DNA of 32,000 nucleotides, taken from a bacterium (GTDB taxonomy: Bacteria > UBP7 > UBA6624). The notes below the pieces were generated by a model, which saw nothing but the letters and a program-made list of their open reading frames with translations, did not search any database and was not told the origin of the DNA. The stretch is taken from NCBI GenBank assembly GCA_002716355.1, contig PBAU01000010.1, positions 60,001 to 92,000 of the forward strand. The letters run 5' to 3'. Made by a program: the position numbers and the translations under genes. Positions 9,722 to 16,663 of the stretch are shown in pieces; the stretch's first letter is position 1, and each line of letters starts with the position of its first letter.

Positions 9722-10279
9722 TTACACCACCTCATTAGATTTATTTTTAGCTATTTCATCAAGAGTCCAAACTAAACTGGAAACAATGCCGTCAAGAGTC
9801 CAAACCAGTCCGGAAACTGGAGAATCAAGACATCCTACCAATTGTGCGTAAAGATCCTCAATATTATTTATTTTTGTAAGCTTTGTAAAAGAGTCTGAAT
9901 CAACAAGACCCCCCTCAAGCAATCCAAATTTAAAATTAAACGAATCGTCAGCCTTAAGCCTGTCTACAAACTTTTGTATCACAGGAAAAGGATTTTCCTC
10001 ATCAACCAAAACGTGTGCTATAGGACCTTTAACTGAAGCCTTGAACTCAGACTTCTCTTCATCATTTAAATTTAATTCATCAATAACTCTCCACATAAGT
10101 GTGTTTTTTATAACAGAAAAATTACCACCTAATTCACTTATCTCTCTTCTGAAGATGTTTTCATCTTGTGCAGTTATTGAAGAATTAGAAAATATTCCAA
10201 AAAAAGTACTTTCTTTTACTGAAGACACTTTTTCAGAAACTTGATTTTTCTTTGCATTTAAAATTTTTGTACTAGCCAT
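9722..10279 (-). CDS. rplJ: 50S ribosomal protein L10
   Basis: 185 aa, positioned between rplA and rplL. L10-like N-terminal half and a long C-terminal helix ([30 protein letters not shown]). The start overlaps the rplA stop (TAATG). Confidence 0.93.
   Translation of the reverse strand: MASTKILNAKKNQVSEKVSSVKESTFFGIFSNSSITAQDENIFRREISELGGNFSVIKNTLMWRVIDELNLNDEEKSEFKASVKGPIAHVLVDEENPFPVIQKFVDRLKADDSFNFKFGLLEGGLVDSDSFTKLTKINNIEDLYAQLVGCLDSPVSGLVWTLDGIVSSLVWTLDEIAKNKSNEVV
9749..9814 (-). repeat. Tandem 33-nt (11-codon) repeat inside the rplJ 3' end
   Basis: Units 9749-9781 and 9782-9814 share 24/33 nt by my hand count, with an identical 14-nt core tcaagagtccaaac at 9759-9772 and 9792-9805. They encode [11 protein letters not shown] and [11 protein letters not shown]. 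Confidence 0.7.
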
Positions 10280-10953
10280 TACATTTCAACCTTAACACCT
10301 GGTCCCATAGTGAGACTAAGAGATATTTTTTTCATATATGTTCCTTTTACAGAGGAAGGTCTCATTGATTTAATTGTTGCATGAGCCATTTGAACATTTT
10401 CAAGCAAATGACCTTTTTTAAAAGATTTTTTTCCAACTTTCAAATGCACATTTCCACCATCATCATTTCTAAAACTTTGCTTACCTTTTAAAAACTCTGA
10501 AACAGTGTCTTTCAGATCGGAAGAAACAGTTCCTGCTTTTGGGCTAGGCATTAAACCTCTTGGGCCTAAAACTCTACCAAGAGGGGCTAAATCTCTCATC
10601 ATGGAGGGATGAGCTAACAAGACATCAAAATCTAATTTTCCTGATTTGATCTCCTCTATAAGATCTTTAGAACCTACCTTTGTAGCTCCAGCAGATTTAG
10701 CTTCTTCTGCATTTTTGCCATCAGCAACAACTGCAATAACAGGCTTATCTCCAGTTCCATGAGGCAAAAGCATAGTTCCTCTAATCTGCTGATCTGCTTG
10801 TTTTGGATCTATTGATAATGAAATATGCATATCAACAGATTCATCAAATTTAGCAGACTTTGCAGATGCAAGCACACTAAGACCATCTTCTAAAGAAAAA
10901 GTTTTCAAGCCTGCTTTCTGTTTGTTTTCTAAACTTCTTTTAGATCTTTTCAT
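10279..10953 (-). CDS. rplA: 50S ribosomal protein L1
   Basis: 224 aa with L1-typical segments (FDESVDMHISL, MLLPHGTGDK, LGPRGLMPSPKAGTV). ATGA overlap with the rplK stop. Confidence 0.97.
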   Translation of the reverse strand: MKRSKRSLENKQKAGLKTFSLEDGLSVLASAKSAKFDESVDMHISLSIDPKQADQQIRGTMLLPHGTGDKPVIAVVADGKNAEEAKSAGATKVGSKDLIEEIKSGKLDFDVLLAHPSMMRDLAPLGRVLGPRGLMPSPKAGTVSSDLKDTVSEFLKGKQSFRNDDGGNVHLKVGKKSFKKGHLLENVQMAHATIKSMRPSSVKGTYMKKISLSLTMGPGVKVEM

Positions 10954-11537
10954 TCTTCTTCTCCAGCAGGTTCATCACTTGAATCAGCGGCGGCTACAGA
11001 TTCCTCAGCAGCAGCAGCTTCAGCAGCTTCAGCAGCTTCAGCAGCTTCAGCAGCTTCTCTTGCAGCAATCTCACCCTGTTTGATCAATTCGATAATCTCC
11101 TTATCATCCTTTTTTCCAATAACAACGCCCATTGACCTGGCTGTACCTTTAACTATATTCATTGCTGCATCAACATTTCTTGTATTCAATTCCTCAAGCT
11201 TTCTTTCAGCGATAGCCTTCACTGATTCTTCGGTTATGGCTCCAACTTTTATTCTTAAAGGGTCTGAAGATGCTTTCTCTAAACCAGCAGCTTCTTTTAT
11301 CAACGCGCTAACAGGAGGCTCAAGGGTTACAAAATCAAAACTAGCATCACGATAAGCAGTAATTACAACAGGAACAACCTCTCCTTTTCTGTTGCTTGTA
11401 GCATTATTAAAAGATTGGCAAAATTGCATTATGTTTATACCTAAGCTTGAAAGCGTTGGACCAACAGGCGGTGCAGGATTCGCTGCACCTCCAATAATTT
11501 GCAATTTTGCTTTTCCTACAACTTTTTTTTGCGCCAT
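10950..11537 (-). CDS. rplK: 50S ribosomal protein L11 with a ~53-aa Ala/Glu-rich acidic C-terminal extension
   Basis: The canonical L11 core runs to about residue 142 (KLQIIGGAANPAPPVGPTL...GTARSMGV). The frame then continues open for ~53 more codons to a TGA overlapping the rplA ATG. Confidence 0.97.
   Translation of the reverse strand: MAQKKVVGKAKLQIIGGAANPAPPVGPTLSSLGINIMQFCQSFNNATSNRKGEVVPVVITAYRDASFDFVTLEPPVSALIKEAAGLEKASSDPLRIKVGAITEESVKAIAERKLEELNTRNVDAAMNIVKGTARSMGVVIGKKDDKEIIELIKQGEIAAREAAEAAEAAEAAEAAAAEESVAAADSSDEPAGEEE
11012..11056 (-). repeat. Perfect in-frame tandem repeat, 9 nt x 5 (plus-strand unit cagcagctt; encodes EAA x5) inside rplK
   Basis: Read directly: five uninterrupted copies at 11012-11020, 11021-11029, 11030-11038, 11039-11047 and 11048-11056. 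Confidence 0.95.
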
Positions 11538-12145
11538 TATGCAGCCACCATCTTATCTATATCTATTTCAACTCTTGTCTCTTTTCCAAATATAGGAATA
11601 GTTACACCAGCTAATCTTTTATCTAAATTAATATCCTGAACCCTGCCAGTGTAATCCTGAAATGCACCCTCTAAAATTCTGACTAAATCACCTTCAGCAA
11701 ACTCTACAGAATCAATAATTTGAGCTTCACCAATCTGTTTTAAAAGTGTTTGAACCTCTTCTTCTGACAAAGGTTGCGGGTGATCCCAACCCCCCATTAA
11801 ATTAATTACTCCGTAAATGTTATTTACGACAGCTTTTATCTCATTCTTAGTACCTGCATCATGGTCCATTTGTATGTAAACATATTTAGGATAAAGCCTT
11901 TTCACAACAACCTTTCCTCTTTCTTTCATTGACGTTGCAGGAACTTCGACTCTGTGAATAATATTTTCAAGTAAAGCACCTTGTTCTTTATCGAGTTTCT
12001 CATAATATTTAATATTTTTAACAGCTTCATCCTGCTCTGGATCCAATGTTGTTGATTCAACATTTGGAATACCGCAGCTAATCGAGAGTCCAACCTGGAT
12101 CTCGTAACGATTTACCGTTTCCAATATATACCAATCTCTACTCAT
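11537..12145 (-). CDS. nusG: Transcription termination/antitermination factor NusG
   Basis: 202 aa. NGN-type N-terminus (WYILETV...) and a KOW motif (GDLVRILEGAFQDYTGRVQDI). It sits in the conserved secE-nusG-rplK position. Confidence 0.93.
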   Translation of the reverse strand: MSRDWYILETVNRYEIQVGLSISCGIPNVESTTLDPEQDEAVKNIKYYEKLDKEQGALLENIIHRVEVPATSMKERGKVVVKRLYPKYVYIQMDHDAGTKNEIKAVVNNIYGVINLMGGWDHPQPLSEEEVQTLLKQIGEAQIIDSVEFAEGDLVRILEGAFQDYTGRVQDINLDKRLAGVTIPIFGKETRVEIDIDKMVAA

Positions 12146-12315
12146 ACAAGAATGGGAGCGAGAATCTTGCTTAAAATCAAATCAATCAAGCCCAAAAATA
12201 ATGCAACAATGAAAATAACAAACAGAACGCCTCTAGTTGCATTCAAAGTCATGCTTCTAGAAGGCCATGAAATTCTCTTCATCTCAGCCTTGAAATCACT
12301 AAAATTAAGATTCAT
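12142..12315 (-). CDS. secE: Preprotein translocase subunit SecE (57 aa, single TM; not in the supplied ORF track)
   Basis: Hand translation gives MNLNFSDFKAEMKRISWPSRSMTLNATRGVLFVIFIVALFLGLIDLILSKILAPILV. AAGGAGG Shine-Dalgarno lies within the rpmG 3' end. The TGA overlaps the nusG ATG (ATGA). Conserved rpmG-secE-nusG order. Confidence 0.85.
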   Translation of the reverse strand: MNLNFSDFKAEMKRISWPSRSMTLNATRGVLFVIFIVALFLGLIDLILSKILAPILV

Positions 12316-12319
12316 CACT

Positions 12320-12490
12320 TTAGCCCTTTACCTCCTTGTGTAAAGTATGTTTTTTTAATCGTGGAGAATACTTCATTAGCTTCATCTTGTCAGGAGTATT
12401 TAGCCTGCTCCTAGAGCTTCTGTAATTCCTATCTCCACATTCAGTGCATTCCAAATAAAAATGCACCCTACGACCATCTTTTTTTGCCAT
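12320..12490 (-). CDS. rpmG: 50S ribosomal protein L33 (56 aa; not in the supplied ORF track)
   Basis: Hand translation gives MAKKDGRRVHFYLECTECGDRNYRSSRSRLNTPDKMKLMKYSPRLKKHTLHKEVKG. It carries the L33 signature (...KYSPRLKKHTLHKE.K) and sits directly downstream of tuf. Confidence 0.9.
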   Translation of the reverse strand: MAKKDGRRVHFYLECTECGDRNYRSSRSRLNTPDKMKLMKYSPRLKKHTLHKEVKG

Positions 12491-12530
12491 ATTATCAAAT
12501 TATCCTTTGTTAAATAAGATTTATTAAAAA

Positions 12531-13745
12531 CTATTTAATGATCTCTGTAATAACACCAGTACCTATAGTCTTTCCACCTTCTCTTATAGCGAACCTTAAA
12601 TTTTGTTCACAAGCAACTGGATAAATCAAAGTAATATGTGCTTCTACATTATCACCAGGGTTAGCAAATTCAACAGCTGTTCCATTGTTAGGGTCAGCCA
12701 AAGAATCTACAGAACCAGTAATATCTCCTGTCCTTACAAAGAACTGAGGTCTATAGTTAGATTTAAACGGAGTATGTCTTCCACCTTCCTCTTTCTTTAA
12801 TATATAAACCTGTGCTTTGAATTCTGTAGCGGTTTTTATAGATTTAGGTTTGGCTATAACCATGCCTCTTTCTAATTCATCTTTCTTAGTTCCCCTTAAA
12901 AGAATACCTGCATTATCACCAGCGATAGCATTACCAAGGTTTTTATTGAACATTTCAATACCTGTAGCAACAGTATCCTGATCTCTACCCATTCCTAAAC
13001 AAGAAACAGCATCACCAATATTCAAAGTTCCTCTTTCAACCCTTCCAGTACAAACTGTTCCACGACCTTTAATTGAAAAAATATCTTCAATAGGCATGAG
13101 GAAATCTTTATCCTGGTCTCTCTCAGGAAGTGGGAAATATTCATCAACAGCTTTCATAAGCTCTACGATCTTCTCTTCCCATTCTGGCTTGCCTTCAACA
13201 GCACCAAGAGCGCTACCGTAAATGATAGGAGCATTATCGCCATCGTATCCGTGGTTGTTCAACAAATCTCTAATTGTCATTTCGGTAAGTTCTAACATTT
13301 CATCGGCATCATCGCCTTCAGCTGCTTGAACTTTATCAACTTTGTTTACAAAAACAGCTAAGGCTGGAACATTAACCTGTTTAGAAAGTAAAACGTGTTC
13401 AGCTGTCTGCAACATAGGCCCGTCATCACCTGCAACAACAAGGATGGCTCCATCCATTTGCGCTGCACCAGTTATCATATTCTTGATATAGTCAGCGTGA
13501 CCTGGACAATCTATATGCGCATAATGCCTAGTCTCTGTTTCATATTCAATATGAGAAACATTGATAGTAACACCTCTCTCTCTTTCTTCAGGTGCCTTAT
13601 CAATATCTTCAAAAGCAGTTTGCTTAGCAAGACCTTTTGCAGCCAAAACTTTACTTATTGCTGCTGTTAATGTAGTCTTACCATGGTCAACGTGACCAAT
13701 CGTCCCAATATTCATGTGGGGTTTATCTCTATTAAAATCTCCCAT
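12531..13745 (-). CDS. tuf: Elongation factor Tu (404 aa, divergent)
   Basis: [25 protein letters not shown] and GGRHTPF are present. AGGAGGAAT Shine-Dalgarno lies upstream. It directly follows the tRNA cluster, as in thrU-tyrU-glyT-thrT-tufB type operons. Confidence 0.99.
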   Translation of the reverse strand: MGDFNRDKPHMNIGTIGHVDHGKTTLTAAISKVLAAKGLAKQTAFEDIDKAPEERERGVTINVSHIEYETETRHYAHIDCPGHADYIKNMITGAAQMDGAILVVAGDDGPMLQTAEHVLLSKQVNVPALAVFVNKVDKVQAAEGDDADEMLELTEMTIRDLLNNHGYDGDNAPIIYGSALGAVEGKPEWEEKIVELMKAVDEYFPLPERDQDKDFLMPIEDIFSIKGRGTVCTGRVERGTLNIGDAVSCLGMGRDQDTVATGIEMFNKNLGNAIAGDNAGILLRGTKKDELERGMVIAKPKSIKTATEFKAQVYILKKEEGGRHTPFKSNYRPQFFVRTGDITGSVDSLADPNNGTAVEFANPGDNVEAHITLIYPVACEQNLRFAIREGGKTIGTGVITEIIK

Positions 13746-13784
13746 TTTTAATTCCTCCTAAAAAATTAATTTCTTTGTAAAACA

Positions 13785-13856
13785 AGCCCAAGGTCGGATT
13801 TGAACCGACGACCTCGTCCTTACCAAGGACGCGCTCTGCCCCTGAGCTACCTGGGC
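13785..13856 (-). tRNA. tRNA-Thr (anticodon GGT)
   Basis: Hand-folded cloverleaf: acceptor GCCCAGG/CTTGGGC, anticodon stem CGTCC/GGACG with loop TTGGTAA, T-arm GTCGG-TTCAAAT-CCGAC. No encoded CCA. Confidence 0.92.
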
Positions 13857-13858
13857 AA

Positions 13859-13932
13859 AGCGAGAGACGGGACTCGAACCCGCGACCCTCAGCTTGGAAG
13901 GCTGATGCTCTGCCAAACTGAGCTACTCTCGC
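13859..13932 (-). tRNA. tRNA-Gly (anticodon TCC)
   Basis: Acceptor GCGAGAG/CTCTCGC, anticodon loop CTTCCAA, T-loop GGTTCGAGTCC. No encoded CCA. Only 2 nt separate it from tRNA-Thr. Confidence 0.92.
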
Positions 13933-13943
13933 ATTCCAAGCCA

Positions 13944-14026
13944 TGGAGGGAGAGGGATTCGAACCCCCGTACGCATACGCGAGCGAGTTTACAGCCCGCC
14001 TCCTTTGGCCACTCGGACATCCCTCC
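13944..14026 (-). tRNA. tRNA-Tyr (anticodon GTA, long variable arm)
   Basis: Acceptor GGAGGGA/TCCCTCC, anticodon loop CTGTAAA, a ~15-nt variable arm, T-loop GGTTCGAATCC. 83 nt. No encoded CCA. Confidence 0.9.
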
Positions 14027-14063
14027 CAAACAAAATAACCTGTGTGTGTCATACAAACTAGAG

Positions 14064-14093
14064 ATTCTAGCATTGATTTTGAAATTTACACAA
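14064..14093 (-). promoter_or_regulatory. Candidate sigma70-type promoter for the tRNA-tuf transcription unit
   Basis: The minus strand reads TTGTGT-(18 nt)-TAGAAT, with a TGC extended -10 immediately upstream of TAGAAT. It lies ~35 nt upstream of tRNA-Tyr, and the -35 overlaps the rsmI stop codon. Pattern match only. Confidence 0.3.
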
Positions 14094-14754
14094 ATTTAAG
14101 CAATATTAACCATTCACCTTTAACAGTTTCTGGCAAAAGCCTTAATATCTTTTGTGGCTTTCCATCAAACCTCTTTTCGTGAATCTTCGATATTTCAGAA
14201 AACAGTTGCAGGTCTGCATTAATAAATTTATTCATAATCAAAATCAAATCTCTTAACTTGGCGGGGTTAGCAAAGATTAAATGCGTACCTTTTAAATTGG
14301 ACATTTTTTCCAACCAGTTAAAAATTTTCTTATCGCTTTTCGGAGGAAATCCCCATATAAAACAAGGTAGAGTTGGCCACCTACTTAAAGAAAGAGCAGA
14401 TCCCACAGAAGAAGGGCCTGGTAAAGAAAAAACCTTTGCCTTGCATTGTATCGCTGTAGAAACAACCTCATAACCAGGATCAGCTATATTTGGAGCTCCT
14501 GCATCAGACATTAAACCAATCGTTTTTCCTTGAATGAAAAATTTTTCTATTCCTTTTTTTGAAATCCCTTTCTTGTTTAAACTCCATTTGACAACCTTAT
14601 GCTTTCTTGACAGTTTTAAGAAGTAGCTAATTTTTTTATACTTCGACAAACTTTCAACAAGCAAAATATCACAATTTTCCAATATTTCTTTCAGCCTGAA
14701 TGAAACATCATCTAAATTACCAATAGGGGTTGATATCACCCATAAAACCGACAT
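14086..14754 (-). CDS. rsmI: 16S rRNA (cytidine1402-2'-O)-methyltransferase RsmI (tetrapyrrole-methylase fold), 222 aa from the internal ATG
   Basis: MSVLWVISTPIGNLDDVSFRLKEIL...GLMSDAGAPNIADPGYEVV...KGEWLILL matches the RsmI pattern. I chose the start at 14754 because the tracked TTG start (14829) would overlap the upstream permease by 56 nt. Confidence 0.85.
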   Translation of the reverse strand: MSVLWVISTPIGNLDDVSFRLKEILENCDILLVESLSKYKKISYFLKLSRKHKVVKWSLNKKGISKKGIEKFFIQGKTIGLMSDAGAPNIADPGYEVVSTAIQCKAKVFSLPGPSSVGSALSLSRWPTLPCFIWGFPPKSDKKIFNWLEKMSNLKGTHLIFANPAKLRDLILIMNKFINADLQLFSEISKIHEKRFDGKPQKILRLLPETVKGEWLILLKFV

Positions 14755-14773
14755 TAAAAAAATAACCTCATAT

Positions 14774-15898
14774 TTATTTTGAAAAAAGTATAGGGTTCTC
14801 TCGCTTGAGAAGCATGAACAAAGATACAACTAAGAACAAAAGATTAGGGAACCATGCTGCAACAACAGCAGACAAGCCAATCTTGCTTAAAGCTATACCT
14901 ATGAGCATCACTACATAATAAAAGAAAATAACCAACATTGACATTCCAATTCCCATTCCAGGCCCTACTGATTTTCTTTCAAAAGATGATCCCATTGCAA
15001 CTCCAAGTAAAGAGAAAATAATTGAGGCAAAAGGAACTGCAATCTTTAATTCTGTTTGAGTCGCCAGCTTATCAGCCTTTATTGACTCACCTCTTTTTCT
15101 TACTTCAGAAACATATTTTTTAGCATTTGAATAATTCATTTCTTGTACATCTTTTGTTCTAAGTTTTTTAATATTGGTAGGACTCTCTTCAAAAAAAACA
15201 CGCACCTTGTCTTGTTGCAAGTTTGCAAAGCGGCCAGAACCAAGATTAGATAATGTAACCACATTGAGAAGCTCCCAAGAACCATCCTCAGATATATAAA
15301 GCCCTTTTTCAGCTAAAAAATATTCTGAAAACATTAATTGATTCTCTTGATCTTCGTATCTAAACAAATGCAGGTTATTTAAAACATTATTATCTAAATT
15401 TTGAGCAATTAAATTCCATTTAATATTGCCAGATGGGTAATAAGATTCAAAATTAACATCATTTTCTTGCGCTCTACCCTCTCGATAAATTTCTACAGCT
15501 AATTTTTCCATTTTTTCAACTGAGGAAGGTATTACAAATTCATTTAAAGAAACTGAAAGCAAAAATGAAAAAAAACCAACAACCATAACGCTCAAAGAAA
15601 TTCTTCTTAAGCTTGAACCTGAAACAAGAGCTGCGCGCAATTCTCCACTAGAGGAAAGTTGTGAGAAAGTTAATATTGAAGCCAGTAAAATAGTCATAGG
15701 TATAGCTACAACAACTGACTGAGGCACACCTAGAGCTAAAAACTCTGAAACCTGTGCTATTGGAGTTTCCATATCTACAATCATTTTGACTGCTGTTTTA
15801 AAAGAAGCAGAAAACAAAACTAAAAAAGTAAAAGTAACAAGGCCATATACAAAGAGGCCCCTAATCTGCCTTAACACAAAAATATCTATAAGCTTCAA
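14774..15898 (-). CDS. LptF/LptG-family LPS export permease (YjgP/YjgQ), TTG start
   Basis: 374 aa. N-terminus (M)KLIDIFVLRQIRGLFVYGLVTFTFLVLF, about 3 TM helices, a periplasmic domain, then 3 more TM helices. Immediately downstream of lptB. Confidence 0.85.
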   Translation of the reverse strand: MKLIDIFVLRQIRGLFVYGLVTFTFLVLFSASFKTAVKMIVDMETPIAQVSEFLALGVPQSVVVAIPMTILLASILTFSQLSSSGELRAALVSGSSLRRISLSVMVVGFFSFLLSVSLNEFVIPSSVEKMEKLAVEIYREGRAQENDVNFESYYPSGNIKWNLIAQNLDNNVLNNLHLFRYEDQENQLMFSEYFLAEKGLYISEDGSWELLNVVTLSNLGSGRFANLQQDKVRVFFEESPTNIKKLRTKDVQEMNYSNAKKYVSEVRKRGESIKADKLATQTELKIAVPFASIIFSLLGVAMGSSFERKSVGPGMGIGMSMLVIFFYYVVMLIGIALSKIGLSAVVAAWFPNLLFLVVSLFMLLKRENPILFSK

Positions 15899-15900
15899 AG

Positions 15901-16614
15901 CTAATTTCCCAAATAAATTTCTTTTGCTTTATTTGATTTTTTAATTTCTTCTGGAGTTCCTTCAACCTCTATCTTCCCCTCGTTCATAAGGTATATCCAG
16001 TCTGCTATGTTTAGCATTGCAAGATGATTATGATCTGTAATCAAAACACCTAGGCCTCTTTTTTCCTTCAGGGATATGATGATTTCATGCAATTGTTGAA
16101 TGTGTAATGGATCCACGCCTGTAAAAGGTTCGTCTAAAAGTATAAAATCAGGATTATTAGCTATAGACCTAGCAATTTCAACCCTACGTCTTTCACCACC
16201 AGAAAGAGCATATCCCAAAGAATTCTTAAGGTGCTCTATTCCCATCTCCTCCAATAAAGAATCGACCCTGTCTTTATGTTCTTTTTTTGGTATCTTATTG
16301 ACTTCTAAAACTAATCTAATGTTTTCCTCTACTGTTAATCTTCTAAAAACACTTGGGCTTTGATCAAGGTAGCCAATCCCTAATCTAGCCCTTTTATAAA
16401 CCGGAAGCCTCGAAACATCTTTACCATGCAAAGAAACTTTACCGGCATCAGGCTTAACAAGTCCGGTAATCATATAAAAAGTAGTTGTTTTACCTGCCCC
16501 ATTTGGACCCAAAAGGCCAATCGCTTTTCCTTTAGGTATTGAAATGCTTACATTATTAACAACAACTCTGCTGCCATACTTTTTAACTAAACCTTCAGAT
16601 TCAATTTTAGTCAC
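15901..16614 (-). CDS. lptB: LPS export ABC transporter ATP-binding protein LptB (GTG start)
   Basis: 237 aa. Walker A GPNGAGKTTTFYMI, signature LSGGERRRVEIAR, Walker B FILLDEPF. LptB-typical length and C-terminus. Confidence 0.9.
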   Translation of the reverse strand: MTKIESEGLVKKYGSRVVVNNVSISIPKGKAIGLLGPNGAGKTTTFYMITGLVKPDAGKVSLHGKDVSRLPVYKRARLGIGYLDQSPSVFRRLTVEENIRLVLEVNKIPKKEHKDRVDSLLEEMGIEHLKNSLGYALSGGERRRVEIARSIANNPDFILLDEPFTGVDPLHIQQLHEIIISLKEKRGLGVLITDHNHLAMLNIADWIYLMNEGKIEVEGTPEEIKKSNKAKEIYLGN

Positions 16615-16663
16615 AAGTGAAGTATAAATTATTTTTTAACTATGAGAATAAAGTTAGAAAAGA

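Noticed and set aside
12152-12343. Plus-strand 63-aa ORF in the gap between nusG and tuf.
   Set aside because: It is antisense to a clean minus-strand SecE (12142-12315) and to the end of L33. Both of those have Shine-Dalgarno sites, family motifs and conserved synteny.
13732-14099. Two tracked ORFs (13732-14073 minus, 113 aa; 13800-14099 plus, 99 aa).
   Set aside because: Both lie entirely over the three GC-rich tRNA genes. They are open only because tRNA sequence lacks stops, and they have no start context. They are spurious.
14755-14829. Extended TTG start for rsmI given in the ORF track.
   Set aside because: It would overlap the lptF/G-type permease by 56 nt and add a non-conserved Cys/Phe-rich leader. 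The ATG at 14754 begins exactly at the conserved RsmI N-terminus (VLWVISTPIGN).
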